Counted from the stretch's first letter, positions 54,432 through 63,153 are shown. The stretch is 64,000 nucleotides of DNA from an uncultured Actinomycetes bacterium (GCA_963720645.1 CAVRFX010000021.1:221313-285312), one strand, 5' to 3'. The notes: generated by a model from the letters alone, not told the origin. Numbers and translations are program-made.

Positions 54432-54816
54432 GCGTGCCCCAGACCGGCGAGCGAGCCTGGGCCGCAGGCCCGGGTGAGCGGTCGGTGGGGGTTCCGCTGG
54501 GGCACGCGAGCATCGAAGCCAGCACAGTGAGCGTGCCCCAGACCGGCGAGCGAGCCTGGGCCGCAGGCCCGGGTGAGCGGTCGGTGGGGGTTCCGCTGGG
54601 GCACGCGAGCATCGAAGCCAGCACAGTGAGCGTGCCCCAGACCGGCGAGCGAGCCTGGGCCGTAGGCCCGGGTGAGCGGTCGGTGGGGGTTCCGCTGGGG
54701 CACGCGAGCATCGAAGCCAGCACAGTGAGCGTGCCCCAGACCGGCGAGCGAGCCTGGGCCGTAGGCCCGGGTGAGCGGTCGGTGGGGGGTCGCTGGGGCA
54801 CGCGAAAGTCGGAGCC
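54428..54816. repeat. tandem repeat, 99 bp x~3.9, MIRU-like structured intergenic array
   Basis: Read directly: copies start at 54428, 54527, 54626 and 54725. Copies 1-2 differ from 3-4 by one base (GCCGCAGG vs GCCGTAGG). The last copy degenerates. Confidence 0.95.
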
Positions 54817-54822
54817 ACCGCT

Positions 54823-56093
54823 GTGCGTGTCCCCCCGGGCGCGATCGCGGCGGCCGTGGCCATGCCGCTGGCCGACGCGGCGGCCCTCGGGGCTGTTCTC
54901 GCCTGCGCGGCCCTGAGCACGGGATTCCCGGCGGCGGCCTGGGCCTACGCGGCGCTGGTCTTCGTGGCGCTGTCCGCCGGCGACCTGCACCGGCTGCGGA
55001 TCTGCCTGCGGGTCGCCGACCAGGCCGGGCGCATCATCGCCGCGGCCGCGCTGCCCGCGGTGGCGCTGCTGCCCTGGCTGACCGCCGGGCAGGCCTTCCG
55101 GCTCGCGGTCACGGCCGCGGCGCTGCTGATCGTGGCCCGGGTCGCGGTGTCGGCGGGCCTGCGCGCGGCGCACCGGCGTGGCCGGCTGGCCGAGCGGGCC
55201 CTGGTGGCCGGCGACGGCCCGCAGGCCCTGGAGCTGGCCAGGCTGCTGGATGAGCACCCTGAGCTGGGACTGCGTCCCGTGGCCATGCTGGACGACCCCA
55301 CCGGGCCCGCGGCCCGGATCAGCCGGGTGATCGTGTGCGCGCCCGGGGATTCCTGCGGCGGGCTGCCCCGCGTGCCGGGCGCCGACGTGTGCGTGGCACC
55401 CCGGACGCCCGGGCTCACCGCCGCCCTGCCCGGTGGCCGCCTGGACGAGGTGTGGGGTGTCCCGCTGGTCCCGCTGCGCCGCTCGGCCTGGGCGGCCCAG
55501 GCGCCGCTCGGCCGGGCCGTGAAGCGCTCGTTCGACGTGCTGGCCGCGGCGGTGCTGCTCACCGTGACAGCCCCGCTGGTGCTGCTGGCCGGCCTGGCCG
55601 TCCGGCTCACGCTGCGCCGCCCGGCGCTGTTCCGCCAGGTCCGCGTCGTCGGGCAGGGAAACCTCGCCGAGATCGTCAAGCTCCGCACGCTCGGGCGGCA
55701 CGGCGACCCGGACACGTCCTGGTCGGTGGCTGCCGGGCAGTGCGGCGCACTCGGGCGGTTCCTGCGGGTCACCCACATCGACGAGCTGCCGCAGCTGGCC
55801 AGCGTGCTGCGCGGGGACATGTCCCTGGTCGGCCCGCGGCCGGAGCGGCCGCACTTCGTCCGGCAGTTCAGCCGGGACGTGCCCGGCTACACCGGGCGGC
55901 AGCGGATGCCGCCGGCCTGACCGGCTGGGCCCAGGTGCACGGGCTGAACGGGGACACCTCGATCACCGACCGGGCCCGGTTCGACAACTACTACATCGAG
56001 CACTGGTCGTTCTGGCTCGACCTGGCCGTGCTGGCCCGCACCGTGACCAGCATCGCCGCCGAGGCCATCACGAAGAAGCGCGGGGGGACATGA
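54823..56093 (+). pseudogene. polyprenyl glycosylphosphotransferase (WbaP/bacterial sugar transferase family), with a 1-nt frameshift near the 3' end
   Basis: [27 protein letters not shown]...[23 protein letters not shown]...YTGRQRMP in ORF 54823..55920. It continues [37 protein letters not shown] in the frame of ORF 55335..56093. Confidence 0.85.
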
Positions 56094-56094
56094 C

Positions 56095-58218
56095 ATGAAG
56101 GTTCTGCACGTGATCACCGGCCTGGGGGTCGGCGGCGCCGAACTCCAGCTCCGCTCGATCCTGCAGCACACCCGGCACGACAGCGAGGTCGTCACGCTCT
56201 ACAACCCGGGGCCGGTCGCGGACATGATCCGCTCCGACGGCGGCCAGGTCCGTGACGTGGGGATGACCCGGAACACGGAGGTATCCGCGCTGCTCCGGCT
56301 GCGCGGGCTGATCCGCCGCGGCGGCTACGACGTGGTGCACGCGCACCTGTACCGCTCTCAGGTGTACGGCCGGTCCGCGGCCTGGCTGGCCGGGACGCCC
56401 GTGGTGCTCAGCACCGAGCACTCGATCGGCGAGACGCACCTGGAGCGCCGGAAGATGACCCGGGGCGTCCGGGCCCTGTACCTGGCCACCGAGATGCTCT
56501 CCGACGTGACCATCGCGGTCTCCGGGACGGTCCGGGAACGGCTGGAGAAGTGGGGGGTCCGCCCGAAGCGGGTGACCGTCATCCCGAACGGCGTGGACCT
56601 GCAGCGGGTGGCGTTCGACGACACGGCCCGGCAGCGGATCCGCGCCGAGTTCGGGGTCGGCCCGGACGTCTACCTGATGGGCGTGCTCGGGCGGCTCGAC
56701 CCCAACAAGCAGTTCGACCTGGTCATCGAGGCCGCCTCGGCGCTGCTGTCCGACCAGGTCAAGCTGCTGATCGTGGGCAAGGGCGCCGAGCAGGAGCACC
56801 TGGAGCAGGCCGCCCGCACCCACGGTGTGGCCGACCACGTGATCTTCGCGGGTGAGCGGCACGACGTGTCCGCGATGCTGTCCGCCATGGACCTGTTCGT
56901 GGCGTCCTCGAAGCAGGAGACGTTCGGCCTGTCCGTGCTGGAGGCCCTGGCCAACGGGGCCCCCGTGCTCTACACCACCTGCCCGGCGCTCGACGGCCTG
57001 GACGCCGGGCGGGCCCGGCGGGTCCCGTCGGACGTGGCGGGCATGCGGGCGGCCATGGCGGACGAGGTGGCGGCGGGGCAGCGGCCCCGGACGGCCGAGC
57101 CCGCCGTGGAGAAGGAGTACAGCGTGGAGGCGGTCACCGCGCGGATCGATGACCTGTACGAGCAGCTGGCCAGCCGCCGGCGGCTGAGGGAGGACGATCT
57201 GGCGGCCGAGGACGAGCACGGGGAGCACACGATGAGGGTTTTCGTCACGGGCGCGGCCGGGTTCATCGGCTCGCACCTCACCGGGGAACTGCTGGCCGCC
57301 GGCCATCAGGTGACCGGGCTGGACGACCTGAGCACCGGGCGGCTGGGGAACCTCCGTCCGGTGGCCGGCCATCCGTCCTTCCGCCTGGTCCAGGGGTCGA
57401 TCCTGGACGCCGCGACGGTGGCGGAGCTGAGCGCCGGGGCGGACTGGGTGTTTCACCTGGCTGCCGCCGTGGGGGCGTTCGTGATCCGGGACCGCACCCT
57501 GGACAGCCTGCGCACCAACATCCGCGGCACGGAGAACGTGGTCGAGGCCGCGCATCGCAGCGGGGCCCGGCTGCTGGTCGCATCCACCAGCGAGATCTAC
57601 GGCAAGAACACCAAGATCGGGCTGCGCGAGGACGACGACCGGGTGCTCGGCTCGCCGCTGAAGTCGCGGTGGAGCTACTCCGAGGCCAAGGCGATCGACG
57701 AGAGCCTGGTCGAGTCCTACGTCCGTGAGCTCGGCCTGAGCGCGGTGATCGTGCGGTTCTTCAACACCGTGGGGCCGCGGCAGACCGGCCGGTACGGGAT
57801 GGTCATCCCGCGCTTCGTCCGGCAGGGCCTGGCCGGCCAGCCGCTGACCGTGTTCGGCACGGGCCAGCAGGTGCGCTGCTTCTGCCACGTGCACGACGTG
57901 GTGCCCGCGCTGACCCGGCTGATCGCCTCGGACCGGGCCTGCGGCCGGGCGGTGAACCTGGGCAGCACCGAGCAGGTCACGATCGAGGGCCTGGCCGAGC
58001 GGGTGATCGCCGCGACCGGGTCCGGCGCCGGGATCGAGCGGGCCTCCTATCTGGAGGCGTACGGCTCTGGTTACGAGGACATGCAGCGCCGGGTGCCGGA
58101 CTGCACCCTGGCCGCCGACCTGGTCGGGTTCCGGGCCACCCGGAGCCTGGACGACATCATCCAGGCCGTGATCGACGACCAGCTGGCCGGACAGGCCACG
58201 GCAGCCGCAGCGAGCTGA
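56095..58218 (+). CDS. GT4-family glycosyltransferase (aa 1 to ~370) in frame with an NAD-dependent sugar epimerase/dehydratase (UDP-glucuronate decarboxylase-like)
   Basis: MKVLHVITGLGVGGAE...ETFGLSVLEALANGAPV, then MRVFVTGAAGFIGSHL...YSEAKA (YxxxK). Confidence 0.85.
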   Translation: MKVLHVITGLGVGGAELQLRSILQHTRHDSEVVTLYNPGPVADMIRSDGGQVRDVGMTRNTEVSALLRLRGLIRRGGYDVVHAHLYRSQVYGRSAAWLAGTPVVLSTEHSIGETHLERRKMTRGVRALYLATEMLSDVTIAVSGTVRERLEKWGVRPKRVTVIPNGVDLQRVAFDDTARQRIRAEFGVGPDVYLMGVLGRLDPNKQFDLVIEAASALLSDQVKLLIVGKGAEQEHLEQAARTHGVADHVIFAGERHDVSAMLSAMDLFVASSKQETFGLSVLEALANGAPVLYTTCPALDGLDAGRARRVPSDVAGMRAAMADEVAAGQRPRTAEPAVEKEYSVEAVTARIDDLYEQLASRRRLREDDLAAEDEHGEHTMRVFVTGAAGFIGSHLTGELLAAGHQVTGLDDLSTGRLGNLRPVAGHPSFRLVQGSILDAATVAELSAGADWVFHLAAAVGAFVIRDRTLDSLRTNIRGTENVVEAAHRSGARLLVASTSEIYGKNTKIGLREDDDRVLGSPLKSRWSYSEAKAIDESLVESYVRELGLSAVIVRFFNTVGPRQTGRYGMVIPRFVRQGLAGQPLTVFGTGQQVRCFCHVHDVVPALTRLIASDRACGRAVNLGSTEQVTIEGLAERVIAATGSGAGIERASYLEAYGSGYEDMQRRVPDCTLAADLVGFRATRSLDDIIQAVIDDQLAGQATAAAAS

Positions 58219-58236
58219 GAGCTGAGAGCTGAGAGC
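58212..58236. repeat. tandem repeat, 7 bp x3.6 (GAGCTGA) containing the stop codon of the GT4/epimerase ORF
   Basis: Read directly: TGA at 58216, 58223 and 58230. Confidence 0.9.
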
Positions 58237-58239
58237 CTG

Positions 58240-59439
58240 GTGAGAACGAGGACAGCCCAGACCACGAGGGCCGGGACCGCGAAGGCGCCCGCCGGCGGCG
58301 GCGCGGCATCCGGGACGGTGCCGGAGCGGCCGCGGCACCGGTTCGCCGGTGCCGCGTGGCTGGCCGTGGTCCTGGCCGGGGCGGTCCTGGTGGGACTGAC
58401 GATGGTGAACCTGCGGGGCAGCGCGCCGCGGCACACGCTGGTCGTGGCGTCCATGCCGTACTGGAACATCAGCCACGGCACCACGGTCGTGCTCGGCCAC
58501 CGGCAGGACGTGACCGAGGTGTCGCCGTGGATGTACGGGCTGAGCAGCTCGGGGCGGATCGGCACGCAGTACCCACCGGGCCAGGCCGCGTCGGTGGCGG
58601 CGGAGATCACCCGGCTGCGGGCGGCGGGCAAGCTGATCGTGCCGAGCATCGCCAACATCACCGCCGGGAAGTGGTCCTACGCCCCGGTGGGCCGGATGCT
58701 GCACTCGCCGCGGCTGATGGCCGCCCAGGTGGCGAGCATCGTGGCGCTCACGGAACGCGAGCATTACGCGGGGATCGACCTGGACTACGAGAACCTGCGC
58801 GCCGGTGACCGGCAGGCGTTCACCGCGTTCGTCACCCGGCTGGCCCGCGCCCTGCACGCCCGGGGCAAGGTGCTGTCGGTCGCGGTGTTCGCCAAGACCA
58901 CCAACGCGGGCACCGACCCGCGCAACCTGGCCCAGGACTACGCGGCCATCGGCCGGGCCGCCGACCAGGTGCGGCTGATGGCCTACGACTACCACTGGGG
59001 CAGCTCCCCGCCCGGGCCGGTGGCCCCGATCAGCTGGGTCCGCGCGGTGCTGCGCTACGCCAGGACGCAGATACCGGCCAGCAAGATCATCCTGGGCGTG
59101 CCGCTCTACGGTTACGACTGGGTCGGCCACCACGCCACCGGGATCAGCTGGCTCCAGGCGCTGCGGCTGTCCCGGCAGTACCACGCCACGGCGCACTACG
59201 ACCAGGTGAGCCAGGCCCCGTGGTTCCGCTACCGGGACGCGTCCGGCCGCGAGCACACCGTGTGGTTCGAGAACGCCGCGAGCTCCCGGGCCAAGTTCGA
59301 CGCGGCCCAGGGCGCCCAGATCGGCGGCGTGTATCTGTGGATGTACGGATATGAGGACACGGGCACCTGGTCCGCGCTGGGCCACGTGCTGCCGACATCC
59401 GGTCCGCACGCGCTCAGCACGGCGAAGGCAGTGCCATGA
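58240..59439 (+). CDS. membrane-anchored glycoside hydrolase family 18-like protein
   Basis: TM is WLAVVLAGAVLVGLTMV. Catalytic-type motif is YAGIDLDYE (DxDxE). Also LMAYDYHW. Confidence 0.75.
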   Translation: MRTRTAQTTRAGTAKAPAGGGAASGTVPERPRHRFAGAAWLAVVLAGAVLVGLTMVNLRGSAPRHTLVVASMPYWNISHGTTVVLGHRQDVTEVSPWMYGLSSSGRIGTQYPPGQAASVAAEITRLRAAGKLIVPSIANITAGKWSYAPVGRMLHSPRLMAAQVASIVALTEREHYAGIDLDYENLRAGDRQAFTAFVTRLARALHARGKVLSVAVFAKTTNAGTDPRNLAQDYAAIGRAADQVRLMAYDYHWGSSPPGPVAPISWVRAVLRYARTQIPASKIILGVPLYGYDWVGHHATGISWLQALRLSRQYHATAHYDQVSQAPWFRYRDASGREHTVWFENAASSRAKFDAAQGAQIGGVYLWMYGYEDTGTWSALGHVLPTSGPHALSTAKAVP

Positions 59440-61064
59440 TGCCCTGGTGGGTGCTGGCGGTGTTCGTGCTGGGCGCCAACTTCGCCCTCTGGGGATCGGT
59501 GGGCCTGATCCGGCTGGGCGAGTCCGTGGCGGGCCGCCGGCGGCGCGGGCACGCCAGGATCACCGGCCTGGCCAGCACGAGTCTGCCCGCGGCCGGCCTG
59601 CCCGTCACCGGCCTGGCCAGCCCGGGCCTGGCGGCCAGGGGGCTGGCCGGCGCGGGCCCGGCCAACAGGGAGGACGGGGAAACGCTGATGGCCGTCACGG
59701 CCGATGGTGCCCAGCCCGGCCGCCCGCGCCCCCTGACCACCGCGGACGTGGCCGTGCTCATCCCCGCGCACAACGAGGCGCTGGTCCTCGGGGAGAGCCT
59801 GCGGTCGATCATGGCCCTGGTGCCCCGGGGCAACGTCCACGTGGTCTCGGACGGCTCCACCGACGCCACGGTCGAGATCGCCCGGCAGGCCGGAGCCCGG
59901 GTGATCGAGACCGAGGAGAACGTGGGCAAGGCCGGGGCGCTCGAGGAGGCCATCGGCCGCTTCGGCCTGATCCGGCGGTTCCCGGTGGTGATGCTGCTCG
60001 ACGCCGACACCCGGGTCGAGCCCGGCTACTTCGCGGCCGCGCTGCCCATGTTCGACCACCCGCAGGTGGTCGCGGTGGCCGGCTGCGTGCGGACCGCCCG
60101 CGACCGGCGGATGACGCTCGGCGGCAAGGTGCTGGTCGGTCACCGTACCCGGATCTACGCCGTGGGCCAGCGGGCACTGAAGTTCGGCCAGACCTGGCTG
60201 CGATCCAACGCCACGCCCATCGTGCCCGGCTTCGCCAGCCTGTACCGGACCGACGTCCTGCCCCAGATGGAGATGAACCCGCCCGGGCTGGTGATCGAGG
60301 ACTTCAACATGACGTTCGAGGTGTACCAGAAGGGGCTGGGCAAGGTCGGGTTCACGCTCCGGGCGGTAGCGGTCACCCAGGATCCGGACAACCTGCGTGA
60401 CTACGTGCGGCAGACCAAGCGGTGGGCGGTCGGGCTGTGGCAGACCGTGCGCCGGCACCCGCCGCGGGCCAACCTGTTCACGGCGATGCTCACCCTGCTG
60501 CTGATCGAGCTGATCACCTCGAGCCTGCTGTTCTTCCTGCTTCCGCTGGCCCTGATCGTGCTGGCCGTGCCCGACCTGGCCGGCGACGCGCTGTCCTGGC
60601 CGGGCTTCGGCGAGCTGCACACGCTCGTCGCGGCGCACGTGACGCTGACCGCGGTGCTGTTCGGCGTGGTGCTGCCTGATTACCTGCTCACCTGCGCGGT
60701 CGCCATCCTCGAGCGCCAGCCGCGGCTGCTGCTGCTCGGCGTGTTCTTCCCGTTCCTGCGGATGCTCGACGCGTGCATCGGCCTGTACGCGATCCCGGCC
60801 GCGTGGCTGTCCCGGTCCAGCGGCCGGTGGAAGAGCCCGGCCCGGCGCGCGGTCGAGCCCGCGGGCAGCCCCGCAGCGGCGGAGGCCGCGTCCCCGGAGC
60901 CCGATCCGGGTGCGGTGCCGTCGGATGCGGTGCAGGCAAACCCAGTGCAGGCAAACCCAGTGCAGGCAAACCCGGTGCAGGCAAACCCGGTGCAGGCAAA
61001 CCCGGTGCAGGCAAACCCGGTGCCGGCGCCGGTGCGGCGGGCGCGGTGCAGGCAAACACACTGA
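59436..61064 (+). CDS. processive GT2-family glycosyltransferase (PgaC/IcaA-like polysaccharide synthase) with a pentapeptide-repeat tail
   Basis: VAVLIPAHNE, LLDADT, IEDFNMT and RQTKRW (QxxRW), followed by TM helices. The C-terminus is (VQANP)x6. Its ATG overlaps the upstream stop (ATGA). Confidence 0.85.
   Translation: MMPWWVLAVFVLGANFALWGSVGLIRLGESVAGRRRRGHARITGLASTSLPAAGLPVTGLASPGLAARGLAGAGPANREDGETLMAVTADGAQPGRPRPLTTADVAVLIPAHNEALVLGESLRSIMALVPRGNVHVVSDGSTDATVEIARQAGARVIETEENVGKAGALEEAIGRFGLIRRFPVVMLLDADTRVEPGYFAAALPMFDHPQVVAVAGCVRTARDRRMTLGGKVLVGHRTRIYAVGQRALKFGQTWLRSNATPIVPGFASLYRTDVLPQMEMNPPGLVIEDFNMTFEVYQKGLGKVGFTLRAVAVTQDPDNLRDYVRQTKRWAVGLWQTVRRHPPRANLFTAMLTLLLIELITSSLLFFLLPLALIVLAVPDLAGDALSWPGFGELHTLVAAHVTLTAVLFGVVLPDYLLTCAVAILERQPRLLLLGVFFPFLRMLDACIGLYAIPAAWLSRSSGRWKSPARRAVEPAGSPAAAEAASPEPDPGAVPSDAVQANPVQANPVQANPVQANPVQANPVQANPVPAPVRRARCRQTH
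60930..61019 (+). repeat. coding tandem repeat, 15 bp x6 (GTGCAGGCAAACCCR) encoding (VQANP)6
   Basis: Read directly: two copies end in A and four end in G. Confidence 0.95.
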
Positions 61065-61094
61065 AATCCCCGGCACGGGTGGCGGAGGCGAGTC

Positions 61095-61813
61095 ATGTAT
61101 CTGGGTGAGGACAGGCCGGCCGCGGCGGTGCACAGTGAGCTGATGGACCCCGTGCGGATACTGCTGGTCGATGACCATCTGATGGTCACCGAGGCGCTGG
61201 CCTCCCGGTTGTCCGCGGCCATGGACCTGTGGGTGGCCGGGCGGTGTACCACCGCCGACCCGAACCTGCTCGAGATCGTCCGCGGGCTGCGGCCCGATGT
61301 GATCACGATCGAGGTCGAGCCGCTCGGCGGGGCGGTGGGGGAGGTTCTGGCGGGCCTGGTCGCGGCCCGGCCCGAGGCCAGGGTCGTGGTGCTGAGCGCG
61401 GACCACGACATCGCGCACGGCGTGGAGGCGGCCCGGGCGGGGGTCTCGGCCTGGGTGGCCAAGGAGCAGGGCGCTGCCGAGCTGGAAACCGTGATCCGCG
61501 GCGTGTGCCAGGGTTATTCCTGGTTCCCGCCGGACATGCTCGGCGCGATCCTCGCCGAGCTGCGCGCCGACGTCGGCCGGGCCCGTGAGCACGAGGGCGT
61601 GCTGGACATGCTCAGCCCGCGGGAGCGGGATGTCCTGCTCAGCATGATGGACGGCAAGCGCGGCCGCCAGATCGCCCAGGACCTGCTGATTTCCACGGAC
61701 ACGGTGCGGACGCACACCCGGAACATCTTCGCCAAGCTCGACGTGCACAGCCGGCTGGAGGCGGTCCGGGTGGCCCGGGCCGCCTGCGGGCCCCGGAACG
61801 GAAGGACGGATGA
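61095..61813 (+). CDS. LuxR/NarL-family response regulator with Glu at the phospho-acceptor position; stop codon apparently lost by frameshift
   Basis: ILLVDDH...RPDVITIEVEP... (E73 where Asp is expected). HTH is LSPRERDVLLSMMDGKRGRQIAQDLLISTDTVRTHTRNIFAKLDV. The track ORF runs on to 62573, overlapping a clearly real gene. The expected TGA at 61811 is in the -1 frame. Confidence 0.8.
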
Positions 61814-63009
61814 GCGTCCCCGCGCTGGCCGGGAAGCCCGTGGCGGCCAGGAAAGTGGCCACCATCATCACCCGGCTCGAGGGCGGCGCGGGGCAGCACG
61901 CGCTGCGCGGGATACTCAGCATGGACCCGGATCGCTTCGAGATGACGCTCATCACCGGGAGCGGGGACCCGGTGCTGCTGGACCAGGCCGCCGCGGCCGG
62001 CCTGGAGGTCATCACCGAGCCCGCGCTGCGGGCCCCGATCGCGCCGCGCAGCGACCTGCGGGCCCTGGCGCGGCTGCGGAACCTGCTGGACCGCCGGCCT
62101 TTCGACATCGTGCATACCCACACGGCCAAGGCGGGGGTGCTCGGGCGCCTGGCCGCGCACCGCGCCGGGGTGCCCCGGCTGGTGCACACCTACCACGGCT
62201 TCCCGTTCCACGAGTTCCAGACGGCCCCGCGGCGGCAGGCGTACGTGCAGGTCGAGCGGCGCCTGGGCCGCCTCACCGACCTGGCCCTGTGCGTCGGTAC
62301 CGGGGTGGCGGTCGAGGCGGTCCGGCGCCGGCTGATCTCCCCCGAGCGGATCCGGACCATCGGGGTGGTCGCCGACGGTCACGAGGGCAGCCTGAACGGT
62401 GCCGCCGCGAACGGCAGTGCCCGGGCCCGGGCCCGGGCGGCACTCGGCCTGCCCGGCGACGCGACCGTGGTCGGCGCGGTGGGGCGGCTCACCTACCAGA
62501 AGGCGCCCGAGGACTTCCTGGGCGCCCTGCAGGCGCTGGGCCGGCCGGACGTGACCGGGGTCTGGGTCGGTGACGGGGAACTGGCCGAGCGCGTCGCCAC
62601 GCAGGCCCGGCAGACGCCCGGTGTCCGGGTGGTGCTGGCGGGCCAGCGCGGCAACGTCCCGGAACTGCTGCCCGCCTTCGACGTGTTTGCGCTGCCCAGC
62701 CGCTACGAGGGGCTGCCCACCGTCGTGGTCGAGGCCATGGTGTGCGGCATCCCGGTCGTGGCGACCGCGGTGAACGCGGTCGGCGACGTGGTCGTACCCG
62801 GCGAGACCGGCCTGCTCGTTCCGCCGGGCCGTCCCGCCCTGATGGCGGACGCTGTCCGTTATCTCCTGGATTCACCCGACGCTGCGGCACGGATGGCCGC
62901 GGCGGCCCGGGCCCGGCTCGGCCAGCGGTTCGGCGAGCAGGCGCTGCGCCAGGCGCTCACGGCGGCATACTCCGCCGGGGGTGCCGCAGCCTGGCCGCGG
63001 CATGGTTAA
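61810..63009 (+). CDS. GT4-family glycosyltransferase
   Basis: VATIITRLEGGAGQHAL...HTHTAKAGVLGR...SRYEGLPTVVVEAMVCGIPVVAT. GGAAGGA SD is present. Confidence 0.9.
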   Translation: MSVPALAGKPVAARKVATIITRLEGGAGQHALRGILSMDPDRFEMTLITGSGDPVLLDQAAAAGLEVITEPALRAPIAPRSDLRALARLRNLLDRRPFDIVHTHTAKAGVLGRLAAHRAGVPRLVHTYHGFPFHEFQTAPRRQAYVQVERRLGRLTDLALCVGTGVAVEAVRRRLISPERIRTIGVVADGHEGSLNGAAANGSARARARAALGLPGDATVVGAVGRLTYQKAPEDFLGALQALGRPDVTGVWVGDGELAERVATQARQTPGVRVVLAGQRGNVPELLPAFDVFALPSRYEGLPTVVVEAMVCGIPVVATAVNAVGDVVVPGETGLLVPPGRPALMADAVRYLLDSPDAAARMAAAARARLGQRFGEQALRQALTAAYSAGGAAAWPRHG

Positions 63010-63153
63010 CTGTCCGTAATGCCTCATCCGGTGACCAGTCAACGCCGGACAGTAATGTGCAGGGTGGGAGGGACCGCGGGTTTACGAACCTGGCTCTGCC
63101 ACCCCGGGGGGTGCCGGGAGCGCCGGGGGGAACAAAATAGTCGGGGGGAACAA

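Noticed and set aside
54428-54916. 162-aa ORF through the 99-bp repeats as a real repeat protein.
   Set aside because: It is possible, given the GTGA coupling to the upstream gene. However, GC3 is lower than in neighbouring genes, the post-repeat tail is Arg/Pro-rich and overlaps the next gene by about 90 nt, and each unit is strongly self-complementary. I therefore treat it as probably non-coding.
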